The position numbers and the translations under genes are program-made. A model generated the notes under the pieces. It did no database searches and had not been told where the DNA came from. It saw only the letters and a program-made list of their open reading frames with translations. Shown here piece by piece: positions 34,337 through 42,959 of a DNA stretch of 64,000 nt. The stretch comes from an uncultured Nitrospiraceae bacterium. Lineage in GTDB: Bacteria; Nitrospirota; Thermodesulfovibrionia; Thermodesulfovibrionales; Dissulfurispiraceae. Location of the stretch: positions 1 to 64,000 of the forward strand of contig CAVPIW010000009.1 in NCBI GenBank assembly GCA_963705105.1, in the 5' to 3' direction. The stretch's first letter is position 1, and every line of letters starts with the position of its first letter.

Positions 34337-35648
34337 GGTTCATCCGACAAGAGCGTACTTTGACTGATGAAGAGCCATGATCTTAAGTTTGAAGAACTCG
34401 ATATCTCTGAAGCCGTATGCCTGTCTTTTCATTGTCACAATCTTGTTGTTTGTGCCCTCCAGAGGGCCAGTTGAAATGGGATGATCATACCATGCCAGAA
34501 TCCCCCAGCGATGGGCATGGAGCGTCTCCGCAAATGACTGCAGCATCCGTATTCCTGATGCCTTGGCCCGCGCAATCCAGTCATCCAGAAAGCGCTCTGC
34601 CGATCCTTTGCCCGGGTAGTTCCAAAGCGTTCGCAAGTCTTCTTTCATGTAATAGACCGTTGCCAGAGGGGCGTTCATCTGCAATGCTTCCTGAAGCCTT
34701 TGCTGTTCGTTCTTTTCTGCGTCGAGGTTTTCGGGGTTCTTCAGCAGGAGCCAGCGGGTCCCCTTCAGCACAATCCTGTCTGACTGGCTGGTGAGCTTAT
34801 GGTACAGGTCACGACGATAATCGGAGAGCTTGTCGTTGAACAACTTGACGATATGAAAACGGTCAAAGACAACGGCTGCCTCCGGCACGTTGTCAGACAC
34901 AGCAGCGATGTATGCAGGGGACATGTCGATCGCCACGGCCTGTATTGTGGCGCCCGAGCGCAACAGCCTTCTCCAAAAAGGCTTCAACGCATCAGTCCCC
35001 TTGCCGTCGCCAACATGGACCACAGCTCCACTATCAAGATCCAAGACGACCGTCACATACCTGTGCCCTTTGCCGATGGAAATCTCGTCGATGGCGAGGC
35101 GCCTCAGATGACCCAGTTTCGGTCGGGAGAACTTTCTGTGGAGGGACCGCTTCTGGATGTCTTTGATCACGTCCCAGCTGACGCCCACATGTCGCGCAAC
35201 GTCCTGGATCGTCATGCGCCGGGAAAGCTCCAATGCATACCGTTCAAAGGCCCTCGTATAGCGGACTCGGTCCTCGGCAAACTTCAGTCTCACCTGACGC
35301 ACCACAGCGCACACCAGGCACCATACCCTCTGCACGGCAATACGCATAAACGCTCTCTTGCGACCGATCGGCACCGTCTGCAGCGCTCGCATAGTGACTC
35401 CCTTACAGACGATATCCCGCCCGTTGCACTCAGGGCACCGCAGGGTCAATCGATCTTGTGTGATCGTGAAAATAATCGCCCCTTCCTGATATCTGGTCGA
35501 TTGATACCGGTATCCTCGTATACCAAATGCGTGATACAATAAGCTTGTCGACATGTTGTTGCCTCCTTCTGAGAATCCTTGGTCGGAATCTCTTAGAGTA
35601 ACAACATGTCGCATTTTTTCAATCAAGTACGCTTAAACCGGAAGAACC
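34337..35648 (-). mobile_element. ISL3-family insertion sequence, 1312 bp
   Basis: Ends GGTTCATCCG / CGGAAGAACC; 8-bp TSD TCTATTAT at 34329-34336 and 35649-35656. Confidence 0.92.
34340..35554 (-). CDS. ISL3-family transposase
   Basis: CPEC zinc finger, AIDE, IDMSPAY, FDRFHIVK, EGTNNKI, RQAYGFRD. Confidence 0.95.
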   Translation of the reverse strand: MSTSLLYHAFGIRGYRYQSTRYQEGAIIFTITQDRLTLRCPECNGRDIVCKGVTMRALQTVPIGRKRAFMRIAVQRVWCLVCAVVRQVRLKFAEDRVRYTRAFERYALELSRRMTIQDVARHVGVSWDVIKDIQKRSLHRKFSRPKLGHLRRLAIDEISIGKGHRYVTVVLDLDSGAVVHVGDGKGTDALKPFWRRLLRSGATIQAVAIDMSPAYIAAVSDNVPEAAVVFDRFHIVKLFNDKLSDYRRDLYHKLTSQSDRIVLKGTRWLLLKNPENLDAEKNEQQRLQEALQMNAPLATVYYMKEDLRTLWNYPGKGSAERFLDDWIARAKASGIRMLQSFAETLHAHRWGILAWYDHPISTGPLEGTNNKIVTMKRQAYGFRDIEFFKLKIMALHQSKYALVG

Positions 35649-36074
35649 TCTATTATGTCCCATTTATTCATTTCGGATGCGGCAGGCAGAGAGAGAGCAA
35701 TGGCTTCAAACGCACAAAAAAAAGAAGGTAAGGCAAAGCCTCACGATCGGAGACAGATCGCTTCTTCAGACGATCCTTCAGTGGTTGATATCTAATCCAA
35801 TACATAGCGGCGTTCCTCTACAATTGTCTTTATTTCAGTATTTATTATTTTTCGGCGAAGTCTTGAGGTCAAGGGAGACGGGGCATTTCCCGCCGATCAT
35901 GTAGTTTTCGTTCTATTCCTTCATTTTTGCAATAGGCTGAGTTTCACCGAGATGCTCCGGAGTATAATATTCACCCAGATCGACCCCAAGTGCTTTAGAC
36001 TGGTCAAAATGTTTAGCACCTCCTGCTTCTTACCTGTGGCCTGATAAGCTCTTGCCCTTATGCACAGTGCCTTA

Positions 36075-36138
36075 CCGCGACGGGTACCCACCAGCAGCGA
36101 TAGTGGGCGGTCCGGTTCACGCGGGGGTTAGGCCTCAC
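36075..36138 (-). other. Truncated attC (R''/L'' half only)
   Basis: Minus strand: GTGAG-GCCTAAC-ccccgc-GTGAACCGG... with no recognisable L'/R' half. Confidence 0.5.
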
Positions 36139-36151
36139 TGCACCTCGCAGG

Positions 36152-36562
36152 TCACTTGGCCCGCATGCGGTTGTTCTTGGCGTTGTGCTCCAGCTCGCAG
36201 AGCCCCAGCTCTTCCATCAGTGGCGGGACATAGACACCGAACCTTCCGCGAAGCCCCTTCTTCAGCCCATACCAGCCGCCCACTGGATTGCTAGGCGACC
36301 TTCCCCAGGCCTCCACCGTGCCTTCCTTCGCTGGCTTCTGCTCATCCGCACCGCCAAGCTCGACCCAATCCCCTGCCTTCTTGAGCATCGCGTGCAGGTC
36401 ATCCACACAACGCGCGTCGTAGTGCAGCACCGTGCTGCCGACCGTGCAGACCAGGATCTTCTTACCGTCCTTCTCGTCGACGTGCATCGTGAACTCAGCA
36501 GTCCCAGGCGGGGTCTTCAGCTTCCACGGGTTGTCCTTTGCTCGATTCAGAGCTGTCATCAT
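36152..36562 (-). CDS. Conserved hypothetical protein (DUF6855-like), cassette, copy 1
   Basis: PWKLKTPPG, TVEAWGRS..NPVGGWYGLKKGLRGRF; family name recalled, not searched. Confidence 0.7.
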   Translation of the reverse strand: MMTALNRAKDNPWKLKTPPGTAEFTMHVDEKDGKKILVCTVGSTVLHYDARCVDDLHAMLKKAGDWVELGGADEQKPAKEGTVEAWGRSPSNPVGGWYGLKKGLRGRFGVYVPPLMEELGLCELEHNAKNNRMRAK

Positions 36563-36604
36563 GGGGCTCCTTTCGTTGCGCCGAAACTGCGCGGCTGGTT
36601 CGTC

Positions 36605-36665
36605 GTGAGGCCAAAAAGCTCACCCGCCTGCGCTTGAGCAGGTCGGGTGCAGCGACGGGTTATGC
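36605..36665 (-). other. attC of the toxin-antitoxin cassette with R' core lost (copy 1; copy 2 at 38133-38193)
   Basis: Minus strand: GCATAAC-ccgtc-GCTGCAC...GTGAGC-ttttt-GGCCTCAC, where GTTAGGCCTCAC is expected. Confidence 0.65.
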
Positions 36666-36956
36666 CTTAATTTCATCAACCGGCAAGATCTGCTTTCCGT
36701 GCCTAACAGTAAGCACTGAAATCCTCTTCTCTTCAAGCCGGTAAATCAGTCGGTAGTTTCCGAATGTCATCTCTCTTATGGCTTTGTTTTCGGTTTCAGG
36801 TACGACCCTGCCGCTTTCAGGGAAGTCCTTTAGGTCTTCCACCTTCCGAAAAACCGTGTCTACCCACTTTTCTGCAGCAGTGGGATTCTCTTGGGCGATG
36901 TATGCGGCTATCTCTGAGACCCTGTCTATTGCGAGAGGAGACCAGATAATTTTCAT
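36660..36956 (-). CDS. RelE/ParE-family toxin, copy 1
   Basis: MKIIWSPLA..., FPESGR, YRLIYR, VLTVRHG. Confidence 0.9.
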   Translation of the reverse strand: MKIIWSPLAIDRVSEIAAYIAQENPTAAEKWVDTVFRKVEDLKDFPESGRVVPETENKAIREMTFGNYRLIYRLEEKRISVLTVRHGKQILPVDEIKA

Positions 36957-37234
36957 TTCCTGATCCGGTTTAATACAGTTCTTTTCGCCTGGCCATGGTC
37001 CGCTCCCTGGCCAGCCTCAATCTGACCGATGGATGTCTGTATGTCCTGGAGCAACTCTATTCTCTCCTGCATTGCCTCATATTCGCCTGCATCGAGCAGA
37101 ACGGCCACTCCTTTGCCATGTTGTGTGATGATCAAGGGACGTTTTGTGTCGTGTATTTGTTTAAGGAAGGAGGCAATACCGGTGCGAAACTCCGACATTG
37201 ATCTGATATCTTCGTTGACTCTAACTCTTTTCAT
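36953..37234 (-). CDS. Phd/YefM-family antitoxin, copy 1
   Basis: SEFR, RPLIITQHGKGVAVLL; overlaps the toxin start by 4 bp. Confidence 0.9.
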   Translation of the reverse strand: MKRVRVNEDIRSMSEFRTGIASFLKQIHDTKRPLIITQHGKGVAVLLDAGEYEAMQERIELLQDIQTSIGQIEAGQGADHGQAKRTVLNRIRK

Positions 37235-37252
37235 ATGACACCTCACATAAAT

Positions 37253-37289
37253 AATGTACATTATAACGTACTTTAAATATGTCAGTCAA
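37253..37289 (-). promoter_or_regulatory. Sigma-70 promoter and palindromic operator of the TA cassette (copy 2 at +1528)
   Basis: TTGACT-18 bp-TATAAT overlapping the palindrome AATGTACATT. Confidence 0.65.
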
Positions 37290-37426
37290 TATTCTTTTCA
37301 GGGCATACCATATATTTTAGCTGCCGACTGTCTTTTTTCAATCATAACGGACAAACGGGGGTTAGTCGAGCAAAATAACGGAAAAAACGGCGGTTTTCGG
37401 CCGTAAGAAGCTGTGTTATCCTTATC

Positions 37427-37615
37427 GTTGCACTACACTCCCGGGAAAGGCGGGGCGTATGCGCCGAAAACCTTGCTGCGGCGACACCATAACCCTCACA
37501 GAAGACAACCGTTCAAGCCAATGCAAAGAGTGGAGTCCTGAAAGATAAACCTGACGAGGCTTATCGTCGCCTTCAGCAAGGCTTTGAGGCGCTTCGCCCC
37601 GCCTTTCTGTGCAAC
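37427..37615 (+). repeat. Palindromic element copy R3 (type A' core)
   Basis: GTTGCAC...GAAAGGCGGGGCG...CGCCCCGCCTTTC-tGTGCAAC. Confidence 0.85.
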
Positions 37616-37679
37616 TATAGAGTTATATTGCCGGTAACGATGTTATGCAGCCACTGGTACAAAAATGAGAATGCGTTAT

Positions 37680-38090
37680 TCACTTGGCCCGCATGCGGTT
37701 GTTCTTGGCGTTGTGCTCCAGCTCGCAGAGCCCCAGCTCTTCCATCAGTGGCGGGACATAGACACCGAACCTTCCGCGAAGCCCCTTCTTCAGCCCATAC
37801 CAGCCGCCCACTGGATTGCTAGGCGACCTTCCCCAGGCCTCCACCGTGCCTTCCTTCGCTGGCTTCTGCTCATCCGCACCGCCAAGCTCGACCCAATCCC
37901 CTGCCTTCTTGAGCATCGCGTGCAGGTCATCCACACAACGCGCGTCGTAGTGCAGCACCGTGCTGCCGACCGTGCAGACCAGGATCTTCTTACCGTCCTT
38001 CTCGTCGACGTGCATCGTGAACTCAGCAGTCCCAGGCGGGGTCTTCAGCTTCCACGGGTTGTCTTTTGCTCGATTCAGAGCTGTCATCAC
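37680..38090 (-). CDS. Conserved hypothetical protein (DUF6855-like), copy 2
   Basis: Same protein as copy 1; first codon GTG instead of ATG. Confidence 0.7.
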   Translation of the reverse strand: MMTALNRAKDNPWKLKTPPGTAEFTMHVDEKDGKKILVCTVGSTVLHYDARCVDDLHAMLKKAGDWVELGGADEQKPAKEGTVEAWGRSPSNPVGGWYGLKKGLRGRFGVYVPPLMEELGLCELEHNAKNNRMRAK

Positions 38091-38187
38091 GGGGTTCCTT
38101 TCGTTGCGCCGAAACTGCGCGGCTGGTTCGTCGTGAGGCCAAAAAGCTCACCCGCCTGCGCTTGAGCAGGTCGGGTGCAGCGACGGG

Positions 38188-38484
38188 TTATGCCTTAATT
38201 TCATCAACCGGCAAGATCTGCTTTCCGTGCCTAACAGTAAGCACTGAAATCCTCTTCTCTTCAGGCCGGTAAATCAGTCGGTAGTTTCCGAATGTCATCT
38301 CTCTTATGGCTTTGTTTTCGGTTTCAGGTACGACCCTGCCGCTTTCAGGGAAGTCCTTTAGGTCTTCCACCTTCCGAAAAACCGTGTCTACCCACTTTTC
38401 TGCAGCAGTGGGATTCTCTTGGGCGATGTATGCGGCTATCTCTGAGACCCTGTCTATTGCGAGAGGAGACCAGATAATTTTCAT
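38188..38484 (-). CDS. RelE/ParE-family toxin, copy 2 (L/P difference)
   Basis: YRPEEK versus YRLEEK in copy 1. Confidence 0.88.
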   Translation of the reverse strand: MKIIWSPLAIDRVSEIAAYIAQENPTAAEKWVDTVFRKVEDLKDFPESGRVVPETENKAIREMTFGNYRLIYRPEEKRISVLTVRHGKQILPVDEIKA

Positions 38485-38762
38485 TTCCTGATCCGGTTTA
38501 ATACAGTTCTTTTCGCCTGGCCATGGTCCGCTCCCTGGCCAGCCTCAATCTGACCGATGGATGTCTGTATGTCCTGGAGCAACTCTATTCTCTCCTGCAT
38601 TGCCTCATATTCGCCTGCATCGAGCAGAACGGCCACTCCTTTGCCATGTTGTGTGATGATCAAGGGACGTTTTGTGTCGTGTATTTGTTTAAGGAAGGAA
38701 GCAATACCGGTGCGAAACTCCGACATTGATCTGATATCTTCGTTGACTCTAACTCTTTTCAT
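38481..38762 (-). CDS. Phd/YefM-family antitoxin, copy 2
   Basis: Same protein as copy 1. Confidence 0.88.
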   Translation of the reverse strand: MKRVRVNEDIRSMSEFRTGIASFLKQIHDTKRPLIITQHGKGVAVLLDAGEYEAMQERIELLQDIQTSIGQIEAGQGADHGQAKRTVLNRIRK

Positions 38763-38954
38763 ATGACACCTCACATAAATAATGTACATTATAACGTACT
38801 TGAAATATGTCAGTCAATATTCTTTTCAGGGCATACCATATATTTTAGCTGCCGACTGTCTTTTTTCAATCATAACGGACAAACGGGGGTTAGTCGAGCA
38901 AAATAACGGAAAAAACGGCGGTTTTCGGCCGTAAGAAGCTGTGTTATCCTTATC

Positions 38955-39143
38955 GTTGCACTACACTCCCGGGAAAGGCGGGGCGTATGCGCCGAAAACC
39001 TTGCTGCGGCGACACCATAACCCTCACAGAAGACAACCGTTCAAGCCAATGCAAAGAGTGGAGTCCTGAAAGATAAACCTGACGAGGCTTATCGTCGCCT
39101 TCAGCAAGGCTTTGAGGCGCTTCGCCCCGCCTTTCTGTGCAAC
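38955..39143 (+). repeat. Palindromic element copy R4 (duplicate of R3)
   Basis: Matches R3; lies inside the tandem duplication. Confidence 0.85.
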
Positions 39144-39204
39144 TATAGAGTTATATTGCCGGTAACGATGTTATGCAGCCACTGGTACAAAAATGAGAAT
39201 GCGT

Positions 39205-39300
39205 TATTCAAGGACTTCCAGGAGTTCCTCTCAAGAAAGCACCCTGTCCCCGAGAAGCGGTTACCCTATTATCTCCGGTGGTTGAGTCGCTTTCGTGACA
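39205..39300 (+). pseudogene. intI: N-terminal remnant of an integron integrase
   Basis: LFKDFQEFLSRKHPVPEKRLPYYLRWLSRF resembles the extended N-terminus of long-form IntI; divergent from the attC array; no catalytic domain follows. Confidence 0.55.
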
Positions 39301-39386
39301 GGATTGACCAATCGCTACTCTTTGCGCAAGACGAACTTGGGCCGTGTTCCTTTCACCGACACTCACCCGGCAGTCCTTCTCAATGC

Positions 39387-40010
39387 TTACCCTTCCCGGT
39401 ACATCCTGATGAGGTGTGCCAGGGCCTTGCCGAATTCCAGCTTTTCAGGCGTGCGGCCGTGCGTGAGATATATCCGCATGATGTCGACCTTGTTCGCCTT
39501 CTGATCGCCGGCATCCTTCACGGTGGTCTCGTCGATGCACCCGCGCTGTCCATCACACCGCACCTCGATAACCATCACGTCAACGCTCGTGTTCTGGTAC
39601 ACACTTCCCGGGTCGAGGTCCCTGACATGCACCCTGTAGCTGCGCCTGTCCTTTTTGTCGGCTCCTCCGGACAGGGAGACGTCGTACGACAATATGCCAT
39701 CCGCGCCGACGGCAAATTTGTCCGTCTCCATGTTCACATCGCCGGACCAGTTGCCGCTGCCATGCCTGCTCATGATGTCGGAGAGGAACGACAGGGTCTC
39801 AATTTTGGATTCGCCTCCAGAGAATAATGCAGATGTCTTCGCCCTCGGCTGACCACCCAAAGCAGCTCCCGACGACGGCTGCCCGTCCTCTTTCTGAGCC
39901 TGGGATGACGCAGCCGGCCCCTGAGGCGGAGTTTCCGCCTTCTGACAGGACAAAAGAAACCCGCCTATGACAAGAACAATTGCAGTGAAACGGAAAAGCG
40001 ACGATTTCAT
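39387..40010 (-). CDS. Hypothetical lipoprotein
   Basis: GAGG RBS; lipobox LLSC. Confidence 0.7.
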   Translation of the reverse strand: MKSSLFRFTAIVLVIGGFLLSCQKAETPPQGPAASSQAQKEDGQPSSGAALGGQPRAKTSALFSGGESKIETLSFLSDIMSRHGSGNWSGDVNMETDKFAVGADGILSYDVSLSGGADKKDRRSYRVHVRDLDPGSVYQNTSVDVMVIEVRCDGQRGCIDETTVKDAGDQKANKVDIMRIYLTHGRTPEKLEFGKALAHLIRMYREG

Positions 40011-40135
40011 GGGAACCTCCTCTTTCGCAACCGGTCCGTACGCCTGAAGACAGATCGGGCGACAGCATGCTACCAATTTTATCGTGATTATCCTGACTGT
40101 CTGAAACAACGGAAAGTTCCCGCGCATACGCCCGC

Positions 40136-40390
40136 CGGAAAGGTGGGGTAAATGCGCCGAAAAGCATCGGTGCTGCGAAACCTTTGCCGTCCCTTGCAGA
40201 GCATGGAAGCACGACTATTGATGATACAAAGGATGAAATCTTCAAAACCCAATAATAAACAATCATGCTCGCTATCAGCGAGGCTTTGAGGCGCTTTGCC
40301 CCGCTTTTCCGTGCATCCGCCAAAATTATCATCATCATCGCATTGGAAAGGCTTTGAACCATATCGGCCTTCACGGCAGAGTAACGCAAC
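40136..40390 (+). repeat. Palindromic element copy R5 (type A core followed by the right arm of module B)
   Basis: CGGAAAGGTGGGGTAAA...TTTGCCCCGCTTTTCCG, then CATCATCGCATTGGAAAGGCTTTGAACCATATC.GCCTTC, ending GCAAC. Confidence 0.8.
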
Positions 40391-40401
40391 TGTAAGGTAA
40401 T

Positions 40402-41415
40402 TCAAAGGGGCAGGTATGCCTTGGGGTTGAGATCGGCGGGAGCGTAATCGCCCCTCACGGCATGGTGATAGCCCGCCGCGGCGATCATCGCTGCGTTGTC
40501 GGTGCAAAAGGGCAGGGACGGCAGGTAGAGTTCGATGCCGCGTTCATCGGCCATCTCCTGCATTTTCCTCCTCAGGGCGCTGTTTGCCGCCACGCCTCCC
40601 GAAAGGGTCACTCTGCCGATGCCCTTCCTGACGATGGCCCATTCGACCTTGCGGACGAGGACATCGACGACGGAGGACTGGAACGAGGCGGCAATGTCAG
40701 CAATGACATCACCATCCGGTTGTGCGCCGTGATCCGTCAGGCCCAGTTCCCTGAGTTTCACCTTGACGGCCGTCTTCAGGCCGCTGAAACTGAAGTCAAA
40801 CGATTCCGGCACATAGGCCCGGGGAAATTTGAAGGCCCCGGGGTTTCCCCTCCCGGCGAGCCTGTCGATGACGGGACCTCCCGGATACCCGATGCCGAGG
40901 AGCTTCGCGACCTTGTCATAGGCCTCCCCTGCCGCGTCGTCACGGGTCCTGCCGAGTTCTTCGTAAGCGCCGAACCCCCTGACGATATGGAGACTCGTAT
41001 GGCCTCCCGAGGCGATGAGGGAGAGGAAGGGAAAGTCGGGCTTCCGTTCTTCGAGGAAAACGGAGAAGATATGCCCTTCGAGGTGGTTGACGGCGACGAG
41101 GGGAATGCCCCTGACATATCCGACGGCCTTGGCAAAGCCGCACCCGACGAGCAGCGATCCGATCAGGCCGGGCCCGTGACACACGGCGACGGCGTCAATC
41201 CCGTCGAGGCTCTGCCCGGAAGCACTGAGAGCCTCGGTGACGACGGGCCAGATCATCTCGATGTGGCGTCTCGACGCGAGCTCGGGGACGATGCCGCCGT
41301 ACTTCGCGTGGATGGCGGTCTGTGAGGAGACGATGTTGGAGAGAATCAGATGGCCGTCTGCGACGACGGCCGCAGAGGTGTCGTCACAGGACGTATCGAT
41401 GCCGAGAATAAACAT
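40402..41415 (-). CDS. tsaD: tRNA N6-adenosine threonylcarbamoyltransferase
   Basis: GIDTSCDDT, GGIVPELASRRH, NHLEGH, DDAAGEAYDK, FSFSGLKT, CTDNAAMI. Confidence 0.96.
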   Translation of the reverse strand: MFILGIDTSCDDTSAAVVADGHLILSNIVSSQTAIHAKYGGIVPELASRRHIEMIWPVVTEALSASGQSLDGIDAVAVCHGPGLIGSLLVGCGFAKAVGYVRGIPLVAVNHLEGHIFSVFLEERKPDFPFLSLIASGGHTSLHIVRGFGAYEELGRTRDDAAGEAYDKVAKLLGIGYPGGPVIDRLAGRGNPGAFKFPRAYVPESFDFSFSGLKTAVKVKLRELGLTDHGAQPDGDVIADIAASFQSSVVDVLVRKVEWAIVRKGIGRVTLSGGVAANSALRRKMQEMADERGIELYLPSLPFCTDNAAMIAAAGYHHAVRGDYAPADLNPKAYLPL

Positions 41416-41474
41416 ACGGGTTTCAGGTCTCAGGACAAAGGACTCAGGACTGAGGCGGCAGTCTCAACCCTGCA

Positions 41475-41817
41475 GTTGCATGAAAAGGCGGGGCAAAGCG
41501 CCTCAAGGCCTCGCTGATCGCGACAATGATTATTGCAGGGTCTGCTCCCCGAGCAGACCGCTTCCTCGTCTTCATTCCATGCACTGTTCTGCCGGGAAGG
41601 CAAATATGGTACAAAGCCTTTCCAACGCGATGATGAGACATCTCAAGGTGTTCAGCGCCTGTTGCCTGACGGGCTTTTGTCATCAACAGACACGGCATAG
41701 GGTGGTCTGGGGACAAACAAGGTATCTCAGCGGAAAGGCTTTTCACCACATCAGCCTTCCCGTCGGGCGTTCTTATGATGGCGCCTTCGCCCCGCCTTTC
41801 GGTCGGGCGCATGCAAC
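41475..41817 (-). repeat. Palindromic element copy R6 (module B nested in the outer arms), inverted
   Basis: GTTGCA...TGCAAC ends; reverse complement aligns with R7/R8. Confidence 0.85.
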
Positions 41818-41827
41818 ATCACGCCTT

Positions 41828-42913
41828 CTACATGCCTCCGTAGGAATGGAGACCGCTCAGGAGCAGGTTGACGCCGAGATAGGTGAAAATAGTGCAGGCG
41901 AAACCGATGACGGCCACGAAGGCGATCTTCGCGCCTCTCCATCCCCTGAGGAAACGGGCATGGAGATAAAAGGCATAGACGAACCAGGTGATGAGGGACC
42001 ATGTCTCTTTCGGGTCCCAGCCCCAGTACTTTCCCCAGGCCTGGTCCGCCCAGATTGCCCCGAAGATGAGGCCGCCGAGGGTAAAGACGGGAAAACCGAT
42101 GGCAATGCTCTTGTACGTGAGTTCCTCGAGCATGTCGCCGGAGAGTGAAAACGACGAGATCAGCTTCTTCAGCAGGTATCCGAACCTCCAGAAGACAAAG
42201 AGGAGCCCCGCCGCCGCCAGGGTGCTGAGGGCGACAACAATGCCGGAATCGCTCCGGAACGTCGCCTTGAAAAGGTAGCTCTTGATGAAGGCCTCGGGCC
42301 TCGAGGCGACGACCTTGAAGGCGAGGAGGTCGATGACCATGGCGACGAGGATGATGGCGAAGAGCCCCAGCGTGATGGTCCAGAAGGCATAGGACGCACC
42401 CTTCCGGTCCTCGGAGGTGACGGCGAGATACATGATCGCCGTCGAGAAGGAAATGGCGAAAGTCGCGTAGGCCAGGAAGCTCATCGTCACGTGCGCCAGG
42501 AGCCAGTTGCTCTGGAGAGCGGGGATGAGGGGGTGGATGTCCTTGGACATGCCCGAAATATCGATAAAGGCGAGGGCCATGCCTGCGATAGGCGTGATGA
42601 AGGCGCCGAAAGAGCGGTTCTTGTACATGAACTCGATGATGAGGTACCCCAGCATGAGGCACCAGACGAAAAAGATGAGCGACTCGTAGAGGTTCGTCAG
42701 GGGTATGGACCTGAGCACCCCCATCCTGCCGATATCGTAGAACTCCTTCCAGCGCATGAAAAAGGCGACCGTATGAGAGACGAAGCCGATGACGGTCAGC
42801 GAGGTCGCAACGATGCCGACGGTCGAATTCCTGATGACGAGATAGGAGATGTACGCCACCATGGCGAGTATATATGCAATGCTTGAGATGCCGAAGAATT
42901 GGGAACTGTCCAT
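41828..42913 (-). CDS. ccsB: Cytochrome c biogenesis protein CcsB/ResC (system II)
   Basis: NLYES, PALQSNWL..HV, WADQAWGKYWGWDPKETWSLITW, GLHSY. Confidence 0.92.
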   Translation of the reverse strand: MDSSQFFGISSIAYILAMVAYISYLVIRNSTVGIVATSLTVIGFVSHTVAFFMRWKEFYDIGRMGVLRSIPLTNLYESLIFFVWCLMLGYLIIEFMYKNRSFGAFITPIAGMALAFIDISGMSKDIHPLIPALQSNWLLAHVTMSFLAYATFAISFSTAIMYLAVTSEDRKGASYAFWTITLGLFAIILVAMVIDLLAFKVVASRPEAFIKSYLFKATFRSDSGIVVALSTLAAAGLLFVFWRFGYLLKKLISSFSLSGDMLEELTYKSIAIGFPVFTLGGLIFGAIWADQAWGKYWGWDPKETWSLITWFVYAFYLHARFLRGWRGAKIAFVAVIGFACTIFTYLGVNLLLSGLHSYGGM

Positions 42914-42959
42914 TTATGCCCTCCCTGGAATTCTGCCCTGCCGTTTGCGCCGTCTCATG

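Larger units (their letters stand above)
34004..35805 (-). pseudogene. AT-rich membrane-protein cassette gene interrupted by ISL3
   Basis: 5' part MYWIRYQPLK... (start 35805) and 3' part ...VIVTLLGVLYVY (ORF 34004..34315) rejoin across the TSD; extra frameshift in a T run. Confidence 0.7.
36152..39207. repeat. Tandem duplication, 2 x 1528 bp (36152-37679 and 37680-39207)
   Basis: Near-identical copies with at least 6 substitutions; TCA microhomology at the junction. Confidence 0.95.

Noticed and set aside
39156..39827. 223-aa ORF as a full-length integrase
   Set aside because: Only about 30 codons resemble IntI; the rest is mostly antisense to the lipoprotein gene and lacks tyrosine-recombinase catalytic motifs.
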